NCBI GenBank assembly: GCA_042568575.1
Contig: JBHPIO010000001.1
Location: forward strand, 64,001-128,000
Reading direction: 5' to 3'
Origin: Patescibacteria group bacterium
GTDB lineage: Bacteria > Patescibacteriota > Gracilibacteria > UBA1369 > PNNO01
Length of the DNA stretch: 64,000 bases
Part shown: one piece after another, positions 28,717 to 40,497 of the stretch
Layout of the letters: each line of letters starts with the position of its first letter
Position numbering within the stretch: the first letter of the stretch is position 1
Translations under genes and position numbers: made by a program
Notes under the pieces: generated by a model
Seen by the model: the letters and a program-made list of their open reading frames with translations, nothing else
What the model was told of the DNA's origin: nothing
Database searches by the model: none

Positions 28717-28861
28717 CAATCCACTCCTGTATCATTCCAAAGAAAAAGGACATGCCTTCTTCGCAACGTGTTAAAGGTCAGACTTGACCAAAACCAACAT
28801 CGGTTCTCCAAGCCTAGGAGGCGAACTATACAAGAAAATGTGGTTTTTGTGAAATACTTTT

Positions 28862-28948
28862 TGGTGCCGAAGGAGGGAATCGAACCCTCACTCCATTGCT
28901 GGAATGCGATTTTGAGTCGCACGCGTCTACCAATTCCGCCACTTCGGC
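28862..28948 (-). tRNA. tRNA-Leu(CAA), 87 nt, encoded CCA
   Basis: Minus strand GCCGAAG-TGGCGGAATTGGTAGACGCG-TGCGA CT CAA AA TCGCA, long variable arm, GAGGGTTCGATTCCCTC-CTTCGGCACCA. Confidence 0.95.
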
Positions 28949-29014
28949 TCATATGAAGATGTGCCTTACTAATATAGCTAGTTTCTGCTAGAATGCAAGA
29001 AGTATGAATAATGA

Positions 29015-30899
<1,885 letters not shown>

Positions 30900-30900
<1 letters not shown>

Positions 30901-31589
30901 TGATTAAATCAGATCTTACAAAACCGCTAACTATGGCTCATGCAGGCGGTATTGGACATGGGCGCGAGAATACACTTGAAGCAGTTTTGGCTGTAAACAA
31001 ACATAATCCGGATATAATTGAACTTGATATTCGTAAAAGCAAAGACGGTATTCTATTTTGTTATCATGGGACAGGGATATTAGGCTTTATAAAAGCATAC
31101 TTTTTGCAATTCTCGTCATTTAGTTCGATCAAAAAACTAATCAAAGTGGATACATTGGAAAAAATTCTCTCATCAATTCAGGATAGAAAGATATTTTTCT
31201 TGGACATAAAGCAAAGGAATATAACTTCACAGGACATAAGTGACGCATGCAATGATGATAATCACGAAATATGGATAGCTGCATTCTCGTTAAAATATTT
31301 AAAAAAACTAAAGAATGAATTAGGAAATAAGTATAAATATATTTACAATTTTGGATTCCTTCAATTCAAAAAAGGATTGAGAAAAGCGAATAAAAGCGGT
31401 ATAGACGCTTTTCAAATATTCTCATGGCAATGCAATAAAACTAATACAGGGATGATTGGAAAATTAGGGTTATCTTTTGCGATATGGATCGGGTTTATTT
31501 CAAAAAAAAGATATTTAGAATTAATTAATAAATACGGCTCATTATGGATATGTAAGGATAGTTTTCCTCATGAACATAAAACAGCTTGA
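30900..31589 (+). CDS. Glycerophosphodiester phosphodiesterase-family protein (divergent)
   Basis: Motifs MAHAGG...RENTLEA, IELDIRKSKDG..FCYH, LDIK. Confidence 0.65.
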
Positions 31590-31640
31590 TTTTTACACAA
31601 GTTTTAATTAAAGTTATTGGGCAATTTAACGACAAAAACC

Positions 31641-32018
31641 ATGTTCGCAATAGTAGAAATAGCAGGGAAACAATATAAAGTGACCCAAAATGACAAGATA
31701 GAAGTAGATCGTCTTCAACAAGACAAAGGTAAAATCACTTTTGATAAAGTTCTTTTGTACGCAAAAGATGACAAAGATGTAAGCATTGGAAATCCATATG
31801 TTAATGGAGCATCAGTGGAAGCTGAAGTTCTTGAAAACATTCGTGGAGACAAAATTCGAGTATTCAAAATGAAACCTAAGAAAAGATATGCAAAAACAAT
31901 AGGACACAGAACAGATTTAACTGTTATAGAGATCAAGAAAATCAACGCTGGTGCAACAAAAAAATCAGCGGCTCCGAAGAAAGAAGCAGAGCCTAAAGAA
32001 GAGAAGACAGAAGAATAG
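31641..32018 (+). CDS. rplU: 50S ribosomal protein bL21 with K/E-rich tail (start re-called to 31641)
   Basis: Motifs MFAIVEIAGKQYKV, IGNPYV.GA.V, KIRVFKMKPKK.Y....GHR..LT. Confidence 0.93.
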   Translation: MFAIVEIAGKQYKVTQNDKIEVDRLQQDKGKITFDKVLLYAKDDKDVSIGNPYVNGASVEAEVLENIRGDKIRVFKMKPKKRYAKTIGHRTDLTVIEIKKINAGATKKSAAPKKEAEPKEEKTEE

Positions 32019-32026
32019 ACCAGAAG

Positions 32027-32989
32027 TTATCGCAATTTATCCAGAACTCCCTTCAAATCGTTTGGGAGTTTTGTTTTTACAACAATTTCTTCACCATTAG
32101 ACAATACAAACTTAAGCTGAGTTGCATGCAGAAACTGTCTCTTTAAACCCAAATCACCCATAACTGCATCGTTAAACTTCTTGTTTCCATAAACAGGATC
32201 ACCAACAACAGGATAACCTATCGAATTACAGTGCACACGAATCTGATGCGTACGTCCTGTTTGAATCTGAACTGCCAGTAAGGAAAGCTTGTGACCTTCA
32301 AACTGAAGATGCTCATCAACATGATAAGTAGTAACAGCATGCTTCCCTTCATCTTCAGGAGCAAGAAACATCTTCGTTGGATTACGTTTTCCCCGCATTA
32401 TTGGGGAATCAATCGTCCCATCCTCTGGATTCAAATGTCCAAAAACCAAAGCTGTATAAGTCTTTTCAATATTTCTGTTTTTAAAAAGATCCACAAGATA
32501 CTCATGAATCTCATTATTTTTTGCAACAACAATCAACCCCGAAGTGTCTTTATCTAAACGATGCACAATCCCGGGGCGAAGATCACCATTAAGATTACTC
32601 AAACCCTCAGCCCCATACTTATTTAAAAGGGCATTAACAAGCGTTCCTTCCATATGCCGACCGTCTTCAGTCGGATGAACAATCATACCCGCAGGTTTAT
32701 TAATAATCGCAAAATCATCATTTTCAAATACTGCCTCAAGCGGGATATCTTCTTTTTGCGGAATCTTTGAAACAGGAGCCGGCAATTTTATAGAAATCTC
32801 TTGGTCTATTGCAACATTAAAATGCGGATTTACCGCTTTGGAATCAACAAGGACATCACCCTTTTCGATCATTTTTTTAAATGCGGTGCGCGAAAAGCCA
32901 GGAATATGTTTAACAAGAAATTTATCAATTCTTATTGATGCATCTTCTTCACTTACGATTAACTTTATTTCTTTTTGGCTGCTTTCCAT
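32027..32989 (-). CDS. rluD: RluA/RluD-family pseudouridine synthase with S4 domain
   Basis: Motifs RIDKFL, INKPAGMIVHP, RPGIVHRLDKDTSG, TGRTHQIRVH, GDPVYG, RQFLHA. Confidence 0.85.
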   Translation of the reverse strand: MESSQKEIKLIVSEEDASIRIDKFLVKHIPGFSRTAFKKMIEKGDVLVDSKAVNPHFNVAIDQEISIKLPAPVSKIPQKEDIPLEAVFENDDFAIINKPAGMIVHPTEDGRHMEGTLVNALLNKYGAEGLSNLNGDLRPGIVHRLDKDTSGLIVVAKNNEIHEYLVDLFKNRNIEKTYTALVFGHLNPEDGTIDSPIMRGKRNPTKMFLAPEDEGKHAVTTYHVDEHLQFEGHKLSLLAVQIQTGRTHQIRVHCNSIGYPVVGDPVYGNKKFNDAVMGDLGLKRQFLHATQLKFVLSNGEEIVVKTKLPNDLKGVLDKLR

Positions 32990-33753
32990 GCTAATTCAAA
33001 CATTGCTTTATGAACTTTGTAAATTTCATGACTCTCGATAATTACTCCAAGTAATTCGTCTTTGACCAAAGAAACAAGAGTCACTTTGTCATTGTAGATG
33101 TTTAATCCTATATTGAAAGGAGAAATTTCTTTAGGAATCCATTTGAAATCTAAAAGAGAGCCTACCTTCTTCTTATCAACAGGATAATCTTTAACAATAT
33201 ATTTGCGAGCTAAAGGGCTATCAATAAATAACGCCTGAAGTGGAATTTTATGCTTTTCAACCCTTAATTTGCCATATTCAACAAGATAGTCCTGCAGCAC
33301 TTCTGTACTATTAAACCACGCATCTAAAGAATCCCAACTTTGCAGAGTTTCCGTAGAGGTAAGAGTATCTTCCATCGCACGAATAACACCTTTTTCTCCT
33401 TCGTAAAAACGAACTTTGGGTTTAACGCTTAATGGACTTGCAAGCCCATAAAGATCGGGAAGTATAGTTTTTAAATTTTGCCGCGTTTTCTTTAACTTAG
33501 ATTCTTGCTTTTTGATAGACTTAACAATAATTTGCGGATCAGCGGCAGTAAAATACTTAACATCTGCCCGCATGTACTGATTCACAAATCCTCTTTTTAT
33601 TAAACTATCCAAAATCAGATATGTACTCGAACGATTTATATCGGATTTTTTACCAATTACACTTGCCGGTTGAGAACCAAGTTCAAGCAAAGCCAGATAA
33701 ACTGAAATCTCTTTTTCATTCAAACCGACTTGTTGGAGAACGTCGATAACCAT
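32965..33753 (-). CDS. TrmB-family transcriptional regulator (start re-called to 33753)
   Basis: Pattern LQQVGLNEKEISVYLALLELG, INRSSTY.IL..L...G, PKVRFYEG..G, IYNDKV, GVIIES. Confidence 0.85.
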   Translation of the reverse strand: MVIDVLQQVGLNEKEISVYLALLELGSQPASVIGKKSDINRSSTYLILDSLIKRGFVNQYMRADVKYFTAADPQIIVKSIKKQESKLKKTRQNLKTILPDLYGLASPLSVKPKVRFYEGEKGVIRAMEDTLTSTETLQSWDSLDAWFNSTEVLQDYLVEYGKLRVEKHKIPLQALFIDSPLARKYIVKDYPVDKKKVGSLLDFKWIPKEISPFNIGLNIYNDKVTLVSLVKDELLGVIIESHEIYKVHKAMFELAWKAAKKK

Positions 33754-33866
33754 ATGAATAAAAGTGAGTAATAAAACAAATTTTGTTGTTGGCACCCACC
33801 AACACCCCCATTATTGCAATTCAACAAGATAAAAGCAATATGACATCTAAAAGTGACCTAGAGGCG

Positions 33867-33895
33867 TTGATAATTTCTCCCAATTTTTGTATCAT
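33867..33895 (+). promoter_or_regulatory. Sigma70-type promoter of the putative small RNA
   Basis: TTGATA-17bp-TATCAT, ending 3 nt before the hairpin start. Confidence 0.6.
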
Positions 33896-33898
33896 ATA

Positions 33899-33986
33899 GG
33901 TGCAGCTAGTTGGTTGAGGACTATAAAATCTTCATCAACTAGCTACACCAAAAGAGAAGAAGCACGAGCGCGCTTCTTCTTTTTTT
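33899..33986 (+). ncRNA. Putative ~90-nt small non-coding RNA (long hairpin + terminator)
   Basis: Hairpin GGUG-C-AGCUAGUUG...CAACUAGCU-A-CACC (33899-33949), then terminator AGAAGAAGC/GCUUCUUCU + U-run. Has its own promoter; tyrS has a separate promoter downstream. Confidence 0.55.
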
Positions 33987-33993
33987 ATTCAGG

Positions 33994-34022
33994 TTTACAG
34001 CAAACCCAAAAATCCTTATGAT
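33994..34022 (+). promoter_or_regulatory. Sigma70-type promoter of tyrS
   Basis: TTTACA-17bp-TATGAT. Confidence 0.55.
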
Positions 34023-34060
34023 TTAGTAAGAAAATATTACATTACTTAAACTATATAAAA

Positions 34061-35251
34061 ATGGCTGACAAAAAGATCGACGAAGTATTAAGCAGAGGAG
34101 TTGTGGAAGTAATTCAAAAAGATGAACTCAAAAAGAAACTCGCTTCAGGAAAACCTTTAAGAATCAAACTAGGAATCGACCCTTCTGGGGCTGATTTGCA
34201 TATAGGCCACATGGTGGTAATCAAAAAACTTAAGGAATTCCAGGATTTAGGACATCAAATCATTTTGTTGTTTGGAAATTTCACCGGTCAGATTGGTGAC
34301 CCAACCGGGAAAATGGAAACAAGAGCAGCCAAAACAAAAGAAGAGCTCGAAAAAAATGCTAAGAAATATGTTGATCAAGTTAAGTTCTTTCTCGACACAG
34401 ATAAGGTAGAAGTTAGATGGAATGCAGATTGGCTAGAAAAGCTTAATTTTGCTGATGTAATTCAGCTTGCTTCGTGCTTCACTGTCGCTCAGATGATGGA
34501 AAGAGACATGTTTAAAGAACGAGCAAACAATAATCTTCCAATCTCAATGCATGAATTCATGTATCCACTCATGCAAGGGTACGATTCAGTAGCATTAGAA
34601 GCTGATTTAGAGCTTGGAGGGACTGATCAAACTTTCAACCTACTTGCTGGTAGAACTATCCAAAAAGCGTACGGAAAGACTCCTCAAGACGTGTTGACTG
34701 TCCCAATCCTTGAAGGAACAGATGGTGTTAAGAAAATGGGTAAGTCAGAAGACAACTACATTGCAGTAGATGATGCACCTAAAGATATGTTTGGAAAAGT
34801 AATGAGTATTCCAGACGAACTAATTCTGAAATATTTTGAACTCGCAACAGAGGTGCCGACAGAACAAATCAAAGAATATGGACTAGCAATTGAAAATGGC
34901 GAAAACCCTATGAAATACAAGAAAATCCTTGGTCAAGAAATCATTAAAATCTATCATGACGAAGCAGCCGGAGAAAAAGCTCAGGAAGAGTTTGAGAATG
35001 TTTTCAGGGAACACAAGCTTCCAGAAGATATTGAATCGGTAAAAGTTGCAGAGCCAGAAATGAAACTTATTGATGTGATTGCAGAAACTGGCATGACCGC
35101 TTCAAAAAGCGAAGCACGAAGAATGATCCAGCAGGGAGCGGTTAAAGTAAATGAATCAAAAGTCGACGATGTTGATAAAATTATAGACTTCAATAAAGAA
35201 ACATTATTGCAGGTTGGGAAAAGGAAGTTCTTAAAAGTTGTTAAAGGATAA
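34061..35251 (+). CDS. tyrS: Tyrosine--tRNA ligase
   Basis: Motifs KLGIDPSGADLHIGH, IGDPTG, YPLMQGYD, GGTDQ.FN, KMGKS; S4 domain SKSEARR. Confidence 0.95.
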   Translation: MADKKIDEVLSRGVVEVIQKDELKKKLASGKPLRIKLGIDPSGADLHIGHMVVIKKLKEFQDLGHQIILLFGNFTGQIGDPTGKMETRAAKTKEELEKNAKKYVDQVKFFLDTDKVEVRWNADWLEKLNFADVIQLASCFTVAQMMERDMFKERANNNLPISMHEFMYPLMQGYDSVALEADLELGGTDQTFNLLAGRTIQKAYGKTPQDVLTVPILEGTDGVKKMGKSEDNYIAVDDAPKDMFGKVMSIPDELILKYFELATEVPTEQIKEYGLAIENGENPMKYKKILGQEIIKIYHDEAAGEKAQEEFENVFREHKLPEDIESVKVAEPEMKLIDVIAETGMTASKSEARRMIQQGAVKVNESKVDDVDKIIDFNKETLLQVGKRKFLKVVKG

Positions 35252-35289
35252 ACCGCTGTGATAGAATTAGTCACCAATAAAGAGTTTTT

Positions 35290-37329
35290 ATGCTAAAAAC
35301 GCCTCTTAAAGATATATTAAGGACAACATCGAAACACCTGGGTAAGCTAAAAGACCTCGGGATAAAAACAGCCGAAGATCTGCTTCTGTATTTTCCGCGA
35401 ACATACAACGATCGGAGCGATCTCACCAAGATTGCAGAACTACGGACAGACCAGATTAACACGGTTAGGGGCACTCTCACCAGTTTTTTTAGTCAACGAA
35501 CCAAATACGGCAAATATATAAGCCGTGGTGTACTTACAGATAGCACTGGTAGCATCGAAGTCATTTGGTTTAATCAGCCGCATTTAAGTCGAATGCTCTT
35601 TAAAGGAATGGAGATTATCCTAACAGGTAAGCTTAAGTTTTCGTTCGGCAAGATGAGCATGCAAAGTCCAGCGTACGAACTTGTTCAGGAGGAACAGATT
35701 CACACAGCCAGAATCGTTCCGACATATCACGAAACCGAAGGGATTTCTTCAAAATGGATACGTGAGAAAATCAAACCACTTATCGACGACTGGTCTAAGC
35801 ACTTTAGAGAATATATGCCGCTCGACATTATAGATAAACATGGCTTTCTTCTGCATAGTGAGGCAATCAAGCAGGCGCATTTTCCGGAAGATGAAGAAAT
35901 GTTAAACAAAGCAAAAGAACGTCTGAGTTTCGACGAGCTTTTCTTGCTTCAGCTAAAAGCGCTTCAGAAAAAATGGCACTGGCAACAAATAGCTGCAGAA
36001 GAACAAAAGCAAATCCCAAGAGACAAGGTGCTCATAGAAGAGTTCATGAATAAACTTCCTTTTGAATTAACAGGTGCACAAAAAAAATCGCTTGATGAAA
36101 TTCTAACCGATATCGAAAAACCATATCCAATGAGTCGTCTTGTTCAAGGAGACGTTGGGTCAGGGAAAACAATCGTTGCTGCCATCGCAGTTTTGAATGT
36201 AATTAAAGCCGGATTTCAATGTGCATTGATGGCGCCAACAGAAATTCTCGCAAAACAGCATTATGAAGGCATTTCAAAGTATCTGCTTCCATACGGATTC
36301 AATATAAAATTCGTATCAGGAAGTGTAACTGATAAGAATAAAAAGGAAATCATCCAGCAAATGAAAGGTGGAACAGTTGATATGGTAATTGGAACACACG
36401 CGCTCATTCAGGAAGGCGTTGGATTTAAGAATCTTGGCCTTGCAATCATAGATGAACAACATCGGTTTGGTGTGAAACAAAGGAGTATTTTAAAGAGCTT
36501 CGGAAGTCCGCATCTACTAAGTTTGTCCGCTACACCAATTCCACGAACACTCGCAATGACAATTTACGGAGATCAGGATCTTTCAATCATTGATGAGATG
36601 CCGAAAGGAAGAAAGCCGATTATTACGAGGATTGTTCCGGAGAAAAAACGTAACGATGCAAATTTGTGGATTAAGGATCACGTTCTTAAAGGACGTCAGG
36701 TTTTCGTGATCTGCCCGTTGATAGATGAATCCGATACTCTCGAAGTGAAGTCTGTAATTCAGGAATATGACCGCCTCCGTGAACATATTTTCAAAGAGTT
36801 CGAAGTAGGTCTTCTACATGGAAGGCTAAAGTCACAAGACAAGGAAGAAATAATGAACCTGTTTAATGACAATAAAATAAACATTCTTGTATCAACATCC
36901 GTTGTCGAGGTTGGAATAGATGTGCCTAACGCAACAATCATGATGATCGAAGGCGCAGAGCGATTTGGTTTATCACAACTGCATCAGTTTAGAGGGCGAG
37001 TTGGTAGGGGAGAGCACCAATCATATTGCTTCCTATTTTCAGGCGCGCAATCAGAAGAAACTCAAAAACGACTTTCCGCAATGGTAAAGCACAATTCAGG
37101 GTTTGACCTTGCTGAAATAGATCTGGAATTACGCGGTCCAGGTGAAATTTACGGAGTTCGCCAAAGTGGAATCCCTGATTTAAAAATGGCATCACTTACA
37201 GATTCAAAAACAATTGAAAAAGCCCGGATAGAAGCGCAAGCAATCATAGACAGAGATCCAAAACTTATTCAGTATCCTAAGCTGCTGGAGAAGATTGCGG
37301 AATACGAGGATGTTTTTGTGAAGGATTAG
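35290..37329 (+). CDS. recG: ATP-dependent DNA helicase RecG
   Basis: Wedge/OB domain, then QGDVGSGKT, MAPTEILA.QH, DEQHRFG, SATPIPRTL, QLHQFRGRVGRG, DLELRGPGE. Confidence 0.95.
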   Translation: MLKTPLKDILRTTSKHLGKLKDLGIKTAEDLLLYFPRTYNDRSDLTKIAELRTDQINTVRGTLTSFFSQRTKYGKYISRGVLTDSTGSIEVIWFNQPHLSRMLFKGMEIILTGKLKFSFGKMSMQSPAYELVQEEQIHTARIVPTYHETEGISSKWIREKIKPLIDDWSKHFREYMPLDIIDKHGFLLHSEAIKQAHFPEDEEMLNKAKERLSFDELFLLQLKALQKKWHWQQIAAEEQKQIPRDKVLIEEFMNKLPFELTGAQKKSLDEILTDIEKPYPMSRLVQGDVGSGKTIVAAIAVLNVIKAGFQCALMAPTEILAKQHYEGISKYLLPYGFNIKFVSGSVTDKNKKEIIQQMKGGTVDMVIGTHALIQEGVGFKNLGLAIIDEQHRFGVKQRSILKSFGSPHLLSLSATPIPRTLAMTIYGDQDLSIIDEMPKGRKPIITRIVPEKKRNDANLWIKDHVLKGRQVFVICPLIDESDTLEVKSVIQEYDRLREHIFKEFEVGLLHGRLKSQDKEEIMNLFNDNKINILVSTSVVEVGIDVPNATIMMIEGAERFGLSQLHQFRGRVGRGEHQSYCFLFSGAQSEETQKRLSAMVKHNSGFDLAEIDLELRGPGEIYGVRQSGIPDLKMASLTDSKTIEKARIEAQAIIDRDPKLIQYPKLLEKIAEYEDVFVKD

Positions 37330-38657
37330 AACTGAGTCCCTAGTGCATTCATAATACTCTGCGCCTTATGAAGCGTTTCCTCATATTCCATAGCAGGATC
37401 GGAATCGTAAACAACCGCACCACCGATATTGAAGTACAGATTATCTTTATGAACAATCGCAGTTCGAATAACTATGCTTGAGTCAAAGCGTTGGTCGTTT
37501 GCTATAAAGATTGTTCCGGTGTAGATGCCGCGCGTGTAATTCTCTAGTTCATCGATAATTTCCATGCTTCGGATTTTGGGGCAGCCTGTTATTGACCCGC
37601 CGGGGAAACACGCGCGCAGAAGCGATCCGTAGTTTTCCTTAAGTCTTAACTTTCCTTCAATAATCGAGACCAAATGCCAGACATTCGGATATTCTTCCAC
37701 CCTTTTGTGCTCTCGAACTTTCACAGAACCATATTCGCTAACCTTCCCAAGATCGTTCCGCAAAAGATCAACTATCATAGCAAGTTCCGCATCATCTTTT
37801 GTTGATCGCGCGAGCTCATCTCTAATTTGAATATCTTCTTCTGGAGTTTTTCCTCTTGGAGCTGTGCCTTTAATCGGCCTTGATTCAACAAAATCTTTAT
37901 CAGCATATAGAAATCGTTCTGGCGAACTTGAAATTATCACATGATCTCCAAAAGGGAGATAAGCCGAGAATGGAGCAGGATTAAGTTCATACAACCGCTT
38001 AAAAACAGCATAGGGATGTCCTTTAAATGGAACCTCGCATCGATGAGAAAGACTCACTTCATATACATCACCTTTAACAATATAATCCATTATTTCATTA
38101 ACTTTTTTCATATATACATCTTTGCTGCAGCAATTAATTGGTCCTTCAACATTAAACTCATATTTGGAAGCAGGTTCATTAAACTTTCTGAATATCTCTC
38201 GTGAATCAGTAAAATCGTCATCTTCAACTTTAATCTGAACAAGGAATTTTTTATCCTCATGTAAATCATAAATAATCATGTCCTTGTAAAAAACAATCTC
38301 CATATCGGACATTTTGAGATCATTTTTTGTGGTGCGCGGTAATTTCTCTACATAGTGACCTGCATCATACGAGAAATATCCAATTCCTCCCCACAAGTTC
38401 ACAGGATAACTAAATTCTTTAACACTGTAGTGATCCAAAACTTGCTGGAATTCAGCAAACGGATCATTGGTAAATTTGGCTTTATAAAAAGGATTCAGAC
38501 CAATAAACGCATATCGACCATTATCTTTACCACCTTTCCCGCAAAGCAGGGAAGTGTAAGGAATATCAGCGAAATTTGCATACAACTCTTCTGGAGATTT
38601 AGTTATTTTAATCTCCTCGAATTGCACAGATTCTATTTTGGGCAAATTCTCATTCAA
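37326..38657 (-). CDS. pabB: Aminodeoxychorismate synthase component I (TrpE/PabB family)
   Basis: NPAPFSAYL (PabB-type), SSSPERFL, RPIKGT.PRG, MIVDLLRNDLG, FPGGSITGCPKIRSM. Confidence 0.8.
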   Translation of the reverse strand: MNENLPKIESVQFEEIKITKSPEELYANFADIPYTSLLCGKGGKDNGRYAFIGLNPFYKAKFTNDPFAEFQQVLDHYSVKEFSYPVNLWGGIGYFSYDAGHYVEKLPRTTKNDLKMSDMEIVFYKDMIIYDLHEDKKFLVQIKVEDDDFTDSREIFRKFNEPASKYEFNVEGPINCCSKDVYMKKVNEIMDYIVKGDVYEVSLSHRCEVPFKGHPYAVFKRLYELNPAPFSAYLPFGDHVIISSSPERFLYADKDFVESRPIKGTAPRGKTPEEDIQIRDELARSTKDDAELAMIVDLLRNDLGKVSEYGSVKVREHKRVEEYPNVWHLVSIIEGKLRLKENYGSLLRACFPGGSITGCPKIRSMEIIDELENYTRGIYTGTIFIANDQRFDSSIVIRTAIVHKDNLYFNIGGAVVYDSDPAMEYEETLHKAQSIMNALGTQF

Positions 38658-38722
38658 TATTTAACTTAAATTAGTGACCAAACCGCTAAACAATAATATG
38701 TATAAGCGTCAATCCTGTAAAG

Positions 38723-38751
38723 TTGACCTTGGTAGTATTATGCATTATAAT
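38723..38751 (+). promoter_or_regulatory. Sigma70-type promoter of the type IV pilus operon
   Basis: TTGACC-17bp-TATAAT. Confidence 0.65.
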
Positions 38752-38824
38752 AATATAATATTAAAGAAAAATTTTTTGTTTTCTGAGGAGCACAGAAACG
38801 TTTTGTGTCCTTTTTTATATAATT

Positions 38825-40495
38825 ATGAAAATAAAGAATTTAAAAGAATTTACAAGTTATTTACTTGAAAACAACTTCGTTAATCAAGCTCAACTAAATG
38901 ACGCCCTAAATTTATCCAAAAAGAAAGGTCTTCCTTTGGACCAAGCGTTAGTTGAAGCCAATGCAATAAACGATGAACATCTAGGGCAATTGATTGCCAC
39001 ACATAATAACTGGAAGTTCATCAATTTAAAGAAAGAAATTATTGATCATACACTCTTAAGGAAAATTCCTGAAGAAGTGGCGCGTAATCAGCAAATCATT
39101 GCCTATAAAAAATCTCAATTTGGCATAGAAATTGCAACAAATGATCCCTCAAACACAATCCTAATTCATTTGTTAACAAAAAAGCTGGGACAAAATCTCA
39201 ACATCCATTACGCAACAGTAAACGATATTTCTCAGCATTTTAAACTCTACAAATCTGATATTGGAAAGGAATTTGAGGACATCATCGCAGTGCAAGAAGA
39301 GAAAACAATCAAAAACTATAGCAGCACAATTCAAATTGTTAATATGTTACTCACTCGTGGATACGAGAAAAGTGCTTCGGATATACATATTGATCCAACT
39401 GAAAATGACACAAGCATCCGTTTTAGAATAGACGGTGTAATGCACGATATCATCAATATTCCAAGAAATATTCACGAATCGCTTATTTCAAGAATTAAAG
39501 TGATGTCGCATCTTCGCACAGATGAACATCAAGTTCCACAAGACGGTAAACTGCGATTTGAAATAAATGGTGAAAAAGTAGATGTCCGTGTTTCTATTGT
39601 CCCAACAACCAAAGGAGAAAACGTTGTTATGAGATTGCTGTCAGAAAAGAGTAAACAATATGCACTTGAGGAATTGGGACTCTCGAATAAAGATTATACA
39701 AAACTCTCTAAGGCAATTAAAAAACCTTGGGGGATGATTTTATCTACAGGCCCTACAGGAAGCGGGAAAACAACTATGCTTTATTCAATTCTAAAAATCC
39801 TAAATAGATCTGAAGTACACATAGCAACAATCGAAGACCCGGTTGAATACAATGTAGATGAGATAACTCAAATTCAAGTTAATCCAAAAACAAAATTAAC
39901 GTTTGGAGAAGGACTTAAGTCTATTGTTAGGCAAGATCCAGATATAATTATGGTAGGGGAGATACGTGATAAAGAAACTGCCGGTATTGCCATAAATTCA
40001 GCGATGACAGGCCATTTGGTGCTCTCAACTCTTCATACTAACGACGCATCCACTACATTGCCTCGTATTTTGGATATGGGGATTGAGCCATTTCTAATTG
40101 CATCAACTGCAAATATCGCTATTGGGCAAAGGCTAGTTCGAAAGATTTGCATAAAATGTGTCCAAAGTTACGAAACCACGGTTGATAGTTTAAAAGAAAA
40201 AGTCCCCACTTCTATAGCTGAAAAAATTATGGGTGATAAGAAAACAATCATGACTTATGAAGGCAAGGGATGCGATCTTTGTAATCACACAGGGTATCAT
40301 GGACGAACAGGTGTATTTGAAATTCTTGAAATAGATAACGATATCAAAAAAATGATTATGGAAAATGCTGATGCCGATGAAGTAAAGAAAAAAGCTGTAG
40401 AAAAAGGCATGACAACTATGTTCGATGACGCCTTAGACAAAGCATTAAATGGGATAATCACAGTTGAAGAGTTGTTTAGAGTAATAAAAATATAA
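38825..40495 (+). CDS. pilB: Type IV pilus/T2SS assembly ATPase (PilB/GspE family)
   Basis: Motifs ASDIHI, PQDG, GPTGSGKTT, TIEDPVEY, RQDPDIIMVGEIRD, TGHLVLSTLHTND; CxxC...CxxC zinc site. Confidence 0.9.
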   Translation: MKIKNLKEFTSYLLENNFVNQAQLNDALNLSKKKGLPLDQALVEANAINDEHLGQLIATHNNWKFINLKKEIIDHTLLRKIPEEVARNQQIIAYKKSQFGIEIATNDPSNTILIHLLTKKLGQNLNIHYATVNDISQHFKLYKSDIGKEFEDIIAVQEEKTIKNYSSTIQIVNMLLTRGYEKSASDIHIDPTENDTSIRFRIDGVMHDIINIPRNIHESLISRIKVMSHLRTDEHQVPQDGKLRFEINGEKVDVRVSIVPTTKGENVVMRLLSEKSKQYALEELGLSNKDYTKLSKAIKKPWGMILSTGPTGSGKTTMLYSILKILNRSEVHIATIEDPVEYNVDEITQIQVNPKTKLTFGEGLKSIVRQDPDIIMVGEIRDKETAGIAINSAMTGHLVLSTLHTNDASTTLPRILDMGIEPFLIASTANIAIGQRLVRKICIKCVQSYETTVDSLKEKVPTSIAEKIMGDKKTIMTYEGKGCDLCNHTGYHGRTGVFEILEIDNDIKKMIMENADADEVKKKAVEKGMTTMFDDALDKALNGIITVEELFRVIKI

Positions 40496-40497
40496 AC

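Noticed and set aside
28708-28956. ORFs 28708-28956 (+) and 28716-28952 (-)
   Set aside because: They overlap tRNA-Leu and are spurious.
33800-34060. T-box riboswitch upstream of tyrS
   Set aside because: No T-box consensus (GGTGGNACCGCG) or specifier stem, the region is too short, and tyrS has its own promoter after the terminator.
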